Below, piece after piece: positions 12,901 to 25,978 of a DNA stretch of 64,000 bases. The stretch covers positions 58,597-122,596 of the forward strand of contig DF237206.1 in the NCBI GenBank assembly GCA_000708835.1, written 5' to 3'. The DNA comes from Klebsormidium nitens (Eukaryota; Plantae; Klebsormidiophyceae). A program made the translations under genes and the position numbers. Under the pieces are notes generated by a model. That model worked only from the letters and a program-made list of their open reading frames with translations. It ran no database searches and was not told where the DNA came from. Numbering within the stretch: position 1 is the stretch's first letter; each line of letters starts with the position of its first letter.

Positions 12901-15497
12901 CGGTTGAGCACAGATTGCATTTGGGAAGGAGCATACGGACCCCGGTTGCCTGCTCGAAAATCTGACGACGGGGACACACTCTAAAGAAGACGCGAGTCGA
13001 TGAATGTCCGGGTTGCGCGGGTTTTCATGGATGCTTGCATGTCGCGCAAGCCCCTGATCGTATTAGGCTCAGGTTACCAGTGTTGTTGGTAGCTGCTAAG
13101 TTCTCATAGTCTCTCATTGTTTGTTGCATCATTCTCCGAGCTTCGTAGTTAAACCCAGGACTTGTGATTTCGAAATCGAAATCCAGCGTTGGTGCCGGGA
13201 TTGTAAGAGATGTGACAGAACTCGCTCTAGGCTGGAGGCTCTACTAGCACAAATGAACGTTCTGCTGCCACTGCGGACCTCGGATGGAACGAGGAGTCAA
13301 ATTATTGCTTTATTTTCTCAATCTATTTTCTTATCTTTTTCCCCTGCAGGTTCTGCTACATTCCGATGGGCGGAGTGCTGCCCCTCATCCCACAGCGGGT
13401 CCTTGGGATTGGGGGAACTGCTGGCATGGTGCACCCTTCGACTGGTGAGACGTCAGAAAACATGCTGCAAGTGTTTTCCAAGTAACCTCCAGCTGCCAAG
13501 TTTCCGGTGCTTTGTTTGAAGGTGGTAAAGATGAGATCCATTGGGACCGCCAGGTCGGTATCCTCTCCAGGTTTTCCGAGAACGAGCTCGGCATAGAGAT
13601 TTGGGGGCCTTTCTCACGATTCTTACCGAGGAAGTGTCTTCTCGGCCTCGTCTGTCGGGTTCGCGGCCATCGTGATGTACTTTTCTGAGTTGGACGTGGG
13701 AGAAGTTCGTCCTTTCATCCGGAACAATGTTATGTTCTTCCCATCTCATGCTTAACCGCGTAGCAGTCACAGCGCTTGTGTCACAATGAAGGGCTTCCGG
13801 TAAAGTGTCACTAAATATTCAAGACCTTTATTCAAGACCTCAACCGTCCCTCTCCCGGCTCGTATTTTTTGTCAAGTACAAACCAGGCGACCTCCCTTCC
13901 GCCCTGCAGGTTACATGGTCGCCCGCACGCTCGCCGCCGCCCCCCAGCTCGCCGACTCCATCATTGCCCGCCTGAAACCATCTCACAGCGTCACTCACGT
14001 CTCCCAAAATCTTCCCCGGGGGGAGGTCGACCGACTTGCTGCCTCAAACGGCGCTTCGACCAGCGGTCGTTCGGAGACTGCTACGGCGACGCAGGTTCGG
14101 CCGGCGGGGGGTGTGGAAGGTCTGGCCGAGGGCCACGTGGCAGGGGATGATTTATCGGCGGCGATCTGGGCGGACCTGTGGCCGGTGGACCGGGTGGAGC
14201 AGCGGGAGTTTTTCTGCTTTGGGATGGACGTATTGCTCAAGGTTGGTTGTCCTGCAAATAATACAATATTCTCTTACTTTTTTGGAACAGCGGGAGTTCG
14301 TTTGCTCTGGGATGGACGTGCCACTCAAGGTGGGTCGCTTACGCTCTCCTTTTTACTACGTCTCTCCTGTTTCAGGGTTTCTAATTTGGATGTCATAAGA
14401 GGTTTTTTCCCCGGAAGATTCTGAAGACGTATGGCCGCTTTCTAATGTTGAGCAAGCAGCGAACGCCTCAAAATGGTGTACGTCTGTCTTGGCCGGAATG
14501 TAAGAGGTGGCACTTCCTTCCTTTCTGCTGCTGGTGTCCTGCCTGTAAGGAATAACCGTTCGATACCTTTCGTTGGGAGATTGTTGCAGTAGAGCAAAGA
14601 CCGATGGGAGCCGGTCGACGGCGGTTTACCTATAATGTTTCGGAGACGGACGTTCTGGAACGGTCAACCAATTTGACTCGTCGCTTCCTTTCTGGCACGG
14701 AAGCGAAGCAAGGGTTCACTGATCTCGGTATTCGACAGCTAGCTATGCAGAAACCTGGTTCAGGGGCCGTTGAGAAAGTTGGGCCACGTAAAATCAGAAC
14801 AAAAGGAAATTGGAACAGAGCTACCAGATGTCGCGTTCAAATCTTGGCCCCGTCAATCTCGCCAGTCAGAAATATCAGCTCGAACTGCGCAGATTTGGCC
14901 TGGCCATACACCGATGCTTGGGTCCAGTCACGTGATTCTTGCACCACGGAATGTTGGCACCCTTAACGTTGTCTGTCTGCATCTTTGCAAGTTTTGACTT
15001 TTGATTCTTGGTACAATGAGAATGTTCATCGTCGTGGGCTTCCGTCTACAGCTGGACCTGGACGGCACCCGGCGCTTCTTCTCGGCGTTCTTCTCCCTCA
15101 GCCCCTACCACTGGCAGGGCTTCCTCTCCAGCCGCCTCTACTTTTTGGAGGTAAGCGGCCGCTTCTCTCTGGACAAAAGAGCCAGCCATCTCGAATGCTG
15201 GATGGGAAAAGACGGTGCCATGCCCTCTGCAGCGTGAGTTGAGAGTCGAGGCACCTCACGGCTACACTGTGAGGCGCCAGGTGGAGCCAAAATGAGGCCT
15301 GAGAGAAACATGACTCGGTATGGGGTCTTTTGCTGCTCACGAAGAACTGACATTCTCGCTATGCGTGGCTGCAGTTGATACAGTTTGGCCTATCTCTATT
15401 CAAGCATGCCAGCAATACGGCGCGATTGGAGATCATGTGGAAAGGGCTGCCGGGTTTGGGTGTTATGATTCAACATTTAGTGACCATGAAACGATGA
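9978..15497 (+). CDS. LCYB: Lycopene beta-cyclase with plastid transit peptide
   Basis: Exons 9978-10670, 11206-11373, 12158-12308, 12705-12816, 13350-13444, 13910-14241, 15052-15150, 15375-15497, phases consistent. Motifs: VVGAGPAGL (FAD), WPNNYGVWIDEF, LFMDWRD, FLYAMP, EETSLVARP, CYIPMGG, GTAGMVHPSTGYMVARTL, REFFCFGMDVLLKLDL, SNTARLEIM. Confidence 0.96.
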
Positions 15498-16337
15498 CAG
15501 TTGGTACTAGTATTAGATTACTTTAGTCTACATTGATTGAGTGTGAGTTTGAGGTGATTCTAGGTGGAGCGTTTGAGGATCATGCCAGGTTATTGATGTC
15601 ATTCACTTTGGATCCCTCTCGATGATATACCATCAGTCAGGCCTGCGTCCGATTGACTTACACAAATCTTGAGAAGTCTTTTTCAGGCTTCACGAAACTC
15701 GGTGCTATCTAATGTCAGTCCAGGGCTTGCGCATTAGTTGCATTCTAGCGCCGGCGCTTTCATGTGAAAAGTGGTACATGCACTCAGCTGCAAGCTAGAG
15801 TATTCAATCAGCCTAGTACAGACGGTCACCTTGACCGATCGCACAAAGACGCGAGCGATAAAGATTGAAGCATCATGCACATCTACCTATATACACGCTT
15901 GATTCGATCGGATCGACTCGATGAAGCACAACATGCACCACACTTGATATAGTGACTCACTACGCGCATGTACTCTCCTGACTCATGATCCTGCGCTTTC
16001 GCGCAGACCGGACGCAACCAGAAGAGCTAGCTAGGTACGTGTATGCTCGAAGGCTGACGTCAGAAGAATGTAATAGACACCGAGCTTAATCAAGGCAACC
16101 ACACATGTTAAAGCATATATGTGCTTCTGGCCGAATCCGCTGCCAGAGAACATGCACTCGCCCGAAAATTGTGTGCGCTATGGAAGCCTTTGCACTACTT
16201 CGTGCAACTGTGCGATGATGATGAACGATGCGCGCATGGCAACTGAGAACACCAAAATGTCAAAGAGAAGCACATGATCGATCCATGTCACCAACGCGCT
16301 TCTTCTTTTTTGGCGACCTCAACGTCATCTCCAAACA

Positions 16338-19300
16338 CTACGAATCACTCATCATGACGTCAAGAGCACTCTTCTCCGTCCTGAGCGTCCGTATCCACTT
16401 GTCCAATATCCGCTTCTGCCGATGCCGATACACATACACCGCTGCGTTCACACCCTGCGCCGTCAATCTTGTAATCGCCATCTTTCTTTCCACGCTTTCC
16501 ACTGCATACATCGCCAACTCTGCTTCGCCCACTCGCATCCTCTCCCTAGTTGCTTTCCATAGCGCGCGGTCACTCTCCGCATCCCCTCCAGCCATATTTT
16601 CCCGAAGCTCGGGGAGCAACCCTTCCGCCGCCTCTAGTGCCACGTGTCGTGCCTCGTCACTTTCAAGATACGCTTCAAACGCGCCGACTTGGGCGCTCAG
16701 CTCCGCTTTCGCGGCCGCGACCCGCTTCTCGTGCTCCTCCGCCAACGCTTTGGCCTCATCGGTGCCGCCACGCGCGCGCCACTCCGGGGGGCCGACCGCT
16801 TGCAAACCTTTCCATGCTTCCTGCGAGGATTAAACTCCCAGAATCAGAGGTGCTAACCCGCTATAAACCGCCTGTTTAATTAACCGGCCTGGCTCACTTA
16901 CGCAATCTGCAGGTGCCACAATACGGTAGTCGGGCTCCATTCTCAAAAATCTCAAGCAATCTGCCGGCTGTAGATAAGAGGGAGAAGCTTCAAAAGTTCG
17001 TCAAGTTAGTTGTCGTCATAAAGTCGCAGACTCGATTATCTTTGTCATCTAACTTTGCAATCGTCCCCCTCTACTCTCAACCGGCAGGCTGCTCGAAAAG
17101 AGCTGTATTTGCTCTCGTCGTAGGCAGTGACTGGTCAGACCGACTGGAACGTAGCCTTCGTTGCACTCCTGAAAAACTCCGTCAGCTAGACCCTCACATC
17201 CTACGTATTAGAGACGCTACCAATCCAGCAGCTGAGGCAAAATGTAGACAACTCTACGCCTCCGTGATACGTTCGTTCTTCGGCTTCCCCTACAGCTTCC
17301 CCCGAGCAATCTGCCAAGTGTAGTGTAAAGTAACTTAGACTGATATCATTCAGCAACAGACTGACTAACTTAGACTACTTTTTCCACGAAAGCTGGCAAG
17401 TTGCGCGGGAGAGGCTGTAACCGCACAAAGCGTCCGAAGCCACTGACCTTCACCGCGTTTGCCTGCTCCACTTCAAACCGCCCCTCGTCGGTGATCCCAA
17501 TCGTGGCGACCATCATCGCATCGAGCAAGCGTCTGGTCGCCACGAACTCCCCCAAGTAGTGGATCCCGCACAAGTTCGTCGCGCCGCCCAGCTCCTCGCG
17601 GCCAAAATCCAGCCCGCCGCCCTCGGCGCACCCGAACTCGAAGTACGCAAAGTCCCACGGCAGCGCCGGGATGACGTCATCCGCGGAGGCGACGTCAGCA
17701 GCGGAGGCGCTGGGTCCGCTCGTAGTACCGGTGCTGACGTCAGCAGGGGCTGCCACAGGAGCACAGATGTCGCCGCTGGGCGCGGCCCCGCTAACTGAGG
17801 GCTTGCTGACGTGCGTAATCGTGGGAGTGACGTCAGCAGAGGAGGCCAAAACGCATGGCCCAGCATCCGCCCCGAAGTCGAGCATGAGCGACACAGAGTC
17901 GATGCCATCGGTTGGGTTCAGCAGGAGCGCCCCGCCGGAAAGCGCGCACGCCGTCTCGAGCCACACTCCGCGCTTCGGGCCGGCCGCCTTTTTCTTTCCG
18001 GGGGGGTCCGCACTTCTGGAGGTTGATGCATCTCCTGGGGCTCGGCTGGCTGCGGCTTGCGACTCCTTTTCCGGTTCCGGTTCCGTTCCGTTTGTCGACA
18101 CGCCGGCGCCGGAAGGCTCCGTTCTCGGGCGCTTCTTCGCTGGCTTCGCCACTTTCGGCGGGCCCCCCCAGCGGACTTTCACCGCGGCGCCCACAAACGG
18201 CCGGGGGAGGGAGCTCAGGACTGGCGCCAGGACTCGTTTACCCCCCCGGGCCTCGGCCCCCGTTTCGGGGGGTACCTCGACGGAATACACGTCGACGATC
18301 TGCATCGCCCACAGGAACCGCTCCTCGGAAAAGGCTTCCCGGAAAGAGGGGCATCGCGCGTCGATGGCGGGCTCGATGAGCTGCTCGTACTGCTCTCGGA
18401 GGTCCTCGCGGCGAGTGCTGATGACGTCATGCAGGTGCGTGCCGGCGAGCTTCTCCAGGGCGCTGTCGTCCCACGTGACCTGCTAGCAGGGAAAAGAACC
18501 GTTCACAAATTGACACCGTGAGGTAGAGCAAGAGACATAGCGGAGCAAAGAATCCCGTCATTCTCCTGTTGAGAATCTGTTGGGGAGGAGCCAGGAACGG
18601 AGAAGCTTTGCTGGGATTCAATGCAAGCACATTGTGTGGGACAATTGTTGGGACTTAATTGACGCTACGGCAGATGCTAAGAAGCTAAGGCAATAAAAGT
18701 CTTTGGATTTTCTTTGAATCTACCTTCGGAAGTCAAGGACTGAAGAGTGTCCCGCAATGTCAACCAGACAAAGATGCTCAAGCAAGCAGAGAAGCTCAAG
18801 CAAACAAACAGATTATACCAACAATTGTCAGTGGCGTCGAAAGTCCTCCCGATGACGCCAGCCATCTCGATCAACGAAATGCCCGGATCATAATACTCAT
18901 AAGAACCATTGGAGAATTTCCGGGAAAATGTAACTCAGCAGAGAACCGTTCACGCACCGCGGACGCCGGCAGTCGGACCAACGTGTCCACAAAAGCGGCG
19001 AACTCAGAGCGCGGCCCCAGCGACCGCTCCCACATCAGCGAGAGCGCCAACCCCACGTCTTCGGGGCACTTCTTCAGCTGCGCGAGCACTCGTTTCCGCC
19101 CGGGTTTCCCGGCCCCCGACCCCCCCACCGACTCCTCAAGCACCTTTTTGAGTCCCTTGGGGAATTCCCCGGTCAAGAGGGATCCCCCGGGGATGAAGGC
19201 GAGCTTCTGCCCGGCGAGGCAGTCACGAGCGACACGGAGCGCGGGGCGGAGAGTGAAGCCGTCGAAAACTGAGTTGTTTGCAGTTGTAAGAACTGGGGAC

Positions 19301-22300
19301 ACATTCGGGGGGGTAGTCGATGCTGGTTCGGACCTGGCAACTTGCCCCCCCGGGCCGTTTACCGGCCACAGTTCCTGGACGGCGAAGCTCTGGACGCCTT
19401 TTTCCGCGCACCAGGCGGCGTAGTTTGGCTCTCGGTTGTATCCCCCGGGTTTGGAGACCACTGGGCAGCAGCGAGTCACGATGGACGCGGCCATGTCCTT
19501 GAGCGCGTTGAGAGACGCTTCAATGATTTGTTTCTGGCCCACTCTGCAACGAAAAAGACAGAAGGGCGATATTAGACTGGAAAATCAGAATATGACGAGC
19601 CGCTTCAGAGCAATTAAGGTGGTAGTCTTGTCCTTTCTTTGAGAGGTTTTTGTTCAAACGGGCTTGAACTCGTGCATGAGACAAGCGCTGATCGGAAGCA
19701 ACTGCATCGGGGTTAGCCAGGGAGATCGAAACGCGGTCAAGTCCGGCCGTCGTCCCTCCAGTACCTGTGCCCCGCTGACACAGAGAAAGTATTACCTGTT
19801 CAAAGCTCAGTGCTCGACAAGCGACTTTGCAGAGTCGGAGCTGTTTGCTATTGTGGACTGCGGCAGCTCTACCCAAGGCATCCTGCTTGAGATTTTGAGC
19901 CAGACTGTGCGCTTTGGGAAAGTCTGCTGGCGAGCTTACAGCAGATCTGTACGGATACAGTCGTATTTATTTGACCGGATTCGGAGACAATCAGCCGACT
20001 TTGTAGAGAAGTTCCAAGCAAAGCAGCCAACTTCACAGGCAGCCCCTGAGCCCACTCAAAGCAACAGACGTACAATCCGACCTGCCGTTGAGGCGTGTGG
20101 TCTCAGGCTTCTCGAAAGACTTGAACATCTATCAAGAAGTTGCTGACCCGCCGAAGTCTTTGTAAAAAAGCCTCACCCTCTGCACGCATATACGAATGAA
20201 GACATCCTACCTGTTACGGTCGAAACGTGCGCAAATCGCTCAGAACACTGCAAAGCAGAACGAAGGACAGAGTCTGATGACGTAGTCGGACGCACCTGTA
20301 CACAATCGCCCACTTCAACCTCTCCGCCGCATCCGGCGCGTGCGCCCCGGTGACGTCATCCTGCGCCCATATCTCGCGGTGCCCATACGGGTCCCTCCGC
20401 TTCTTCCGATTCTCCCGCTTCTCTAGTTTCCATTTCGCCCGGTGCTCGCGCACCTCCCGCCAACTGTTTCTTTCTTCTTCGTGCATTTCCTCGTCTATTT
20501 CTTGGTCCGACGCACTGGTTTCCGTTTCCCAATCGCTCCGCTTCGACTCGTCCTCAATATCTTCGATTCTGTTCAAGCCAACCACACTCGCCGGCTCTTC
20601 CCCCGGATCGTTGTCCAGATCCGACGGTTCGGACCGAGCCCGCTTTTCCGGCGGATCGCCGTCCGCATCCCGCTCCGAAGCGTTCGATTTCCCCTGAACC
20701 ATTCGCTTCTCTAGAATCGCGATCAGCTTTAGATCGTCTTCGACACTGCCCCCGGCCAGCGAACCACGCGAGCACTCCAAAAGTGACGTCAGCGTGGCAA
20801 CCACCCGCAAATCGAGGTACGGGTACCGTGGGATCACGCCCTCGGTCCCCAAAGCGGGTTTCGTCTTGCCCTCGTTTCCCCCCCCTCCGGCGCCCCCTGC
20901 CGGGGACCCCCCCTCGCGGAGCTTGTCCATTTTCTGCACGCAGGCATATGCCGTCTGCTCGTTCATCGCCAGCAGCCGCGCCGCGTCGAGAAACGCTGCG
21001 GGCAGTGGGTCTGCCATTGAAAGTTTGAACTCGAGCGACCTCGCGCCGAGGCCGTCGATGAGGGCTTTCCGCCACGTCGTGTCTTCCTCTTCGTCGTCGG
21101 ATTCGGAGTCGTCGCTGGGTCGGCCCGAGCCCATCGCTAGTTTCACGACAAAGCGTTCGGCCGGGTTGTTCAGGATGGCGAAACCGTAGCCCTGAAGGAG
21201 CTCCTCGTTGGGCTGATGAAGGAGAAAACCTGGAGTCAAATAGCCTCAAAAAAACTGACGCTTTACGCCCTTGAAAATTCAGGGTTGTGCCACATGAAGG
21301 TCTGAAGTATATCGTGCTCTTCGAGAACAAACACTTCGCACGAGTCTTTCATCAGCTTCAGTCCCTGGGTTGACTTTCGATGGATTTCGGCAGTGACGTG
21401 GCCTCAAGGCCATGCGTCCCGGGCTCTAGCGGCGACTCGTTCTTTGAGCTTGATATTGATGGAATAGATCGACCTTAGTCTCATCAGTCAAAAGTTCAGG
21501 AAGCTGTAGACAGACTTTGAGAGTCAGTTGCCGTCAAGGATGTCCAGATGAGTTTGCTGAGGCCTGCGTTCGTCTCGTCGAGGACTAGACTGAGCTGAAA
21601 TGTTACAGCGGCTTGTGTGGACTCAAACATAAAGCAGTAGCAAAAAGTCAAAACAAGAGCCCGCTAGTCAGTCGAATGAATGTCTCGCCCTGCCTAGATC
21701 CACGGATCAGGAGGCCGGCAACAGTTGTTATTTCTCTTGGCTAAGGGTGCGGATTAATCGACAGAAAAACGACGAGACAACTACAGGGGCCGTGCCTGAC
21801 CTTCTGTCCGTAGTTGTTGAACACGACCTGGCCGGACGGAATGGCTGCGTCCGTCGAAAACGTGACGACGCGCTTGGCCTCGTCAGTCAGCCACGTCAGC
21901 CTGGAGAAGCAGAGGGGAAGGCGTCAGACAGCCTCCTTTTCAGAAGAACGAACCAAGGGAGACACCGAACAGACATCCAGTTTCCGAGGAAGAACGAAAG
22001 GCCAGAATTGCGCGCCGAAGGAGGTGCAGAAGAGCATCCAAAATCCAGTCGGTATTTTCAAAGATAGAGAAGAACAGGACTCAATTGAGATCCAAGGAGA
22101 GAATAGAAAGTAGGACTGTCGCATCGAGAGAACACTTGAAGAATTGAAGCAATGAAAAGAACGGTAAGTCCGAGCTCCATCAAGCAGGGGGCCTGGTGCG
22201 GTATTCAGAGGAGGAGAATGGACTGATCATTGACTTCCAAACGCAGGGCCGCTCAGTCTGAGAGCATCCTCAGATAAAGGGCAAGTGATCTGCTTCGGTG

Positions 22301-25300
22301 ACTTCCCTCGGACCCACAAAGACGTCCATACAGACCAAGTTCCTTCGGTCCAGTCAACCACCTATTCGCAATAGATACTACCCCCAGCCGAACGAAACTA
22401 AGCCGGCAGAAGTTGAGCGTATTTACACCTGCTCCCGGGCTGTGGTCCGGCTTGTTCAAAATGGGCACCAGGGCGAAACAAACCTGAATCACACGAAGCC
22501 AAGCGAGCACAAATTGGGCATATTCCCATGAAGCATAGTCCCACCTCGCCCCGGGGCTGTGATCCAGCATGTCGAACAGGGGCACCAGCGCGATCGTGTG
22601 CCCGGGCCACCACTTCAGTGTGAACGCGCGCGAGAACACCACGCTACGCGCCCACTTCAGATTTTCTCTCGTAACCGTCGCCCAGGCAACGTCCATGTTC
22701 CGCACGTGCGTGGCCATTTCCTCCGGCTCCGACCCGTCGGGGTCCCGGGTATGATCCCCTTTTTTGTCGCGCTCGCGCTGCTGTTGGCTGTTTCCGGTTA
22801 TGGTGTATGGCTCCTCCATTTCGCCCCCGTCGCTGTAATACCAGTCGATGACCTGATCGCAGCAACGGTCCGAACCGTCCGAATCGTCCTTGACGTTGCC
22901 GTCCGAATCGCACGAGTCGTAGCGGTCGCGGTAGACCGCGCGCCCAGCCTGCACAGCATCGGCCGAGGTGAGTGGTTGGCATCTGAATTATCACAGCCAC
23001 CGTTGTGGAGAACCAGTGTATCGGCGAAACTCGTCTGACTTTGTGGATAACAGTTTACGAAAAGCCTCACGATCTTGAAAAGAAGTCTTCCGGAACGACC
23101 GTTGCAGGCAAACCCGTGGACAATTATATCTTACGAGACATTACGCAGTTTAACAGAACCGCTTGTGATTGAGTATCATCTCTCAAGCATGACAAGAACG
23201 GGCAGGACGCCACATTGGCCAGCAGAAATCAGAAGGCACCAGGTGAGAAGAGTCGGTTGCAATGTCAAGAGTAAATCTTTCAATACCTCGAAGACCAGAG
23301 ATCTCAACACTGCCCATCTTACATACTGTAGTTTGCTAGAGAAGATGTCGGGATGAGAAACGCGAGTTCTGACTAGGGTGCAATCAAAGTGAGACATTTG
23401 TGACAAACTCGTCGAGAAGTCTGAAGCGGGACCTTAGAATGATCCCAAGCTCAAGGATGCAACCCAGGAAAAGCGTCGAAGCTGATAGATTCCGCACTTC
23501 TCTCTTCGGAGTGCAAGGTACGAACTTACACAAGTAATCTTTGGAAAGAGACAAATTCCTCGTTAAACTCAGAAGTACAAGGTTTCCATACAAGATTGAC
23601 TAAAGGCCTCACGTTCGGGTCGTCTGACGTCATCTCGAGCACCCCCAGCGAGGCCGCGTAACTCATCCCGTTGCGCGCAGCGTTGAGGAACTTATAGCCC
23701 CACGTGCGCACCAACTCGTCCAGCGCCTCCTCCTCCGCACGCAGGCCAGCCCCAACGCGCGTCCCCGCCACCGCCGCTTTCTCTTCGTCCCTGCAAAAAG
23801 AATAAGGGATTTGAACAAACGCTCTTCTGTGAAGCTTTAAAAGCAGTTTCTGTGAAACCTGACGCACGTTCTCTGCACCGCCGCTTTCTCTTCGTCCCTG
23901 CCAAGGTAGACGGTGAGTTTGTTTCCTGATTTTATTCCAGCTTATGAATACGTTGAAGCAGGCTCCGTTCCTGTGTGCTGGCCCGCCCCGACGCGCGTGC
24001 CCTGCACCTCGCTCCGTGCAAATTTGGACGAATCTCCGTTTTCTTTATTCCTTTCTGAGCAGGCAAGCAGACCGGTTGAGAACGACTGTGCAGCCCAGGA
24101 TGACAAAGAGTCCGGTGAATCAAGCACTTGTTTACTTCACAACCTTAGTGATCTCGCCAGTTTTGAAGGAGCAAATCAACGGACAAATATTTGCTTATCG
24201 CTGAACTAACCCAAGGGCCCTGATCGAGGACAGAGTCTAACAGAAATGAGTAATGAGTCGATGAGTCTTTGAAACGGTTCCATCATTCGGAGCATTGTCA
24301 CTTGCTGTGTAGCATCTTTCCGTGCATATGCCAAGTTCATCGTGCTCTGCTCTTCCACTTTTCCAGGGGGAATATATCGGACAGGGGGGTAAAAACTCAC
24401 CCATACCACAGGGGGGTGGAGAAGGTCTGTGGCAGCATCCTTAAGTATGGCCAGTAGAAGGAGCGCACCCCTTTAGCACGCTCAGAAGCCACAAAGAGGC
24501 AGAGTCTGTAAGGAAAGCGAGCAACTATTGGAGGCCAATTTTTGAGGAGATTTTGCATGACTGCTTGCCTGGAATAATGTTGTGGGCGTGTCACCAACTT
24601 TCTTTCTACTTCACAATTATATTTGCTGTGCGTAGGCGAGTAAGGGAGAAGCGTCGAGGGAAAAGAGCAGAAACATGACAATGTAACCTTCACCCTGATT
24701 TGGAAGGGGTAATTTCAAGTGACAACATCTTTCGCTACTCCAGAGCTGTTCAAAACACAATAGAGATGAAGCGATGATTGTTTCAATACAACGGACACTG
24801 ATAAAATGTTTGCCTTGAAAACATGTAACCAGACCGACTCATTCTGTGGCGGGCAAATCTTGATTGAAGAAACGCTCCTTCATTGCTTGTTGCACCCTGA
24901 GGTGGTTATGTGCGACCTAAAAGGAAGGCTGACTGTGGAAGATAAAATACTTAAATCACTCTCCTGATAAGAGGAAAGTAGAAATGTGGCTGCATGTGGT
25001 GTTAGTCCCATGCTAATATCAGGTGGCAAAAATCTGCTGAAGTCTGGATTCGGTACTATGCAAAGGTTGGCAGCTTAGTACATATGGTTCTTCAAATATG
25101 GGTTAATCAAGAGAGGAGAAAGAAGTAGTAAAGTATGAAAGAGCAAGCAGGAGGTCCTCACAGCGTTCGCTCCGATGCCCCCTCGTATGAGAGGCACTGG
25201 AATCCCGCAGCGAACGGCAGCTCATGGAACGACCTTTGAGCATTCATCTGCAAGAGGCCACCGTGGTGCTTAATGCAAACCTTTCGAATGCTTCCGTGGT

Positions 25301-25978
25301 AATCTTGTAACTTTGGCCCATGGATTGTGGCAAGAGTTTGGACAGGTCACAAACCTGAGCTTGATGCCACAAGACCTTCTTTCACTTAGCACCTCTCAAC
25401 CCTTCTCTTTAAGATGAGGCGCTCATTTTGAGGACACTTTGAGGGGCACAACGGGGCCAGATGTTGGTGACAGCTGCCTGCGAAAATATGCTTCAGAATT
25501 CTCAACCGCCCATTTGTCAAGGATGATGTATACAGATCGCCAAATAATATTTTCTCACTTATTGTTGGGATTCACTTTGGGTCTACCTCAAGGGAAGCTC
25601 AAAAGTATATGCCCACACCTCGGGCAGAAGATATGCACTCAAAAGACAAAAGGTTTACGAACACTGACCGATAAAAATTCCTTCATATGAGCTCAGATCA
25701 TCTCTTTGAAAAGTACAACAATCAAGGTACGACAATTGCCAACAGTTCGGGCTGTATTGGACCCTCATTGGCTTGCCAGCAGAGACATGCAATAATCTTC
25801 TCTAAGGAAAAAATTACAGATCAGTCAGAGGTAGATAGCTTACCAGCATTGCGAAGGGGATCTTCATGAGCGTGTCTCCAGCGGCAAGAGCATCTGTGGA
25901 GCGCATCGTTCGCTCCTCCGCTTCGAGGCGTGGCCATTCTGCCCCGTTCTTTGCGGCCCATCTTTGTAGAGTCTCCAT
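16338..25978 (-). CDS. ~1341-aa protein with two tandem SET + Rubisco-LSMT-substrate-binding-like modules; second module degenerate
   Basis: Exons 25978-25844, 25247-25162, 24505-24401, 23790-23613, 22948-22545, 21900-21801, 21212-20296, 19543-18958, 18479-17448, 16820-16338 sum to 4026 nt with every phase compatible. Module 1: LCLFVASERAKG-SFYWPYLRMLP, WARSVVFSRAF, LVPLFDMLDHS, VFNNYGQKPNEELLQGYGF, AIVYRVGQKQII. Module 2: LALSLMWERSLG-SEFAAFVDTL, FLWAMQIV, VYRHRQKRIL. Confidence 0.8.

Noticed and set aside
19664-20146. 160-aa ORF (+) mostly inside a SET-gene intron as a nested gene
   Set aside because: No coding bias or recognisable motif; intron-like composition.
17559-21330. Long alternative-frame ORFs (e.g. 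17671-18486 +, 20554-21330 -)
   Set aside because: They overlap the SET exons, are Arg/Pro/Ser-biased and have no motifs; shadow frames.
21814-22113. Charged 99-aa ORF (+)
   Set aside because: Antisense to SET exon 6 and its pyrimidine-rich upstream intron, which produces the K/E/R bias.
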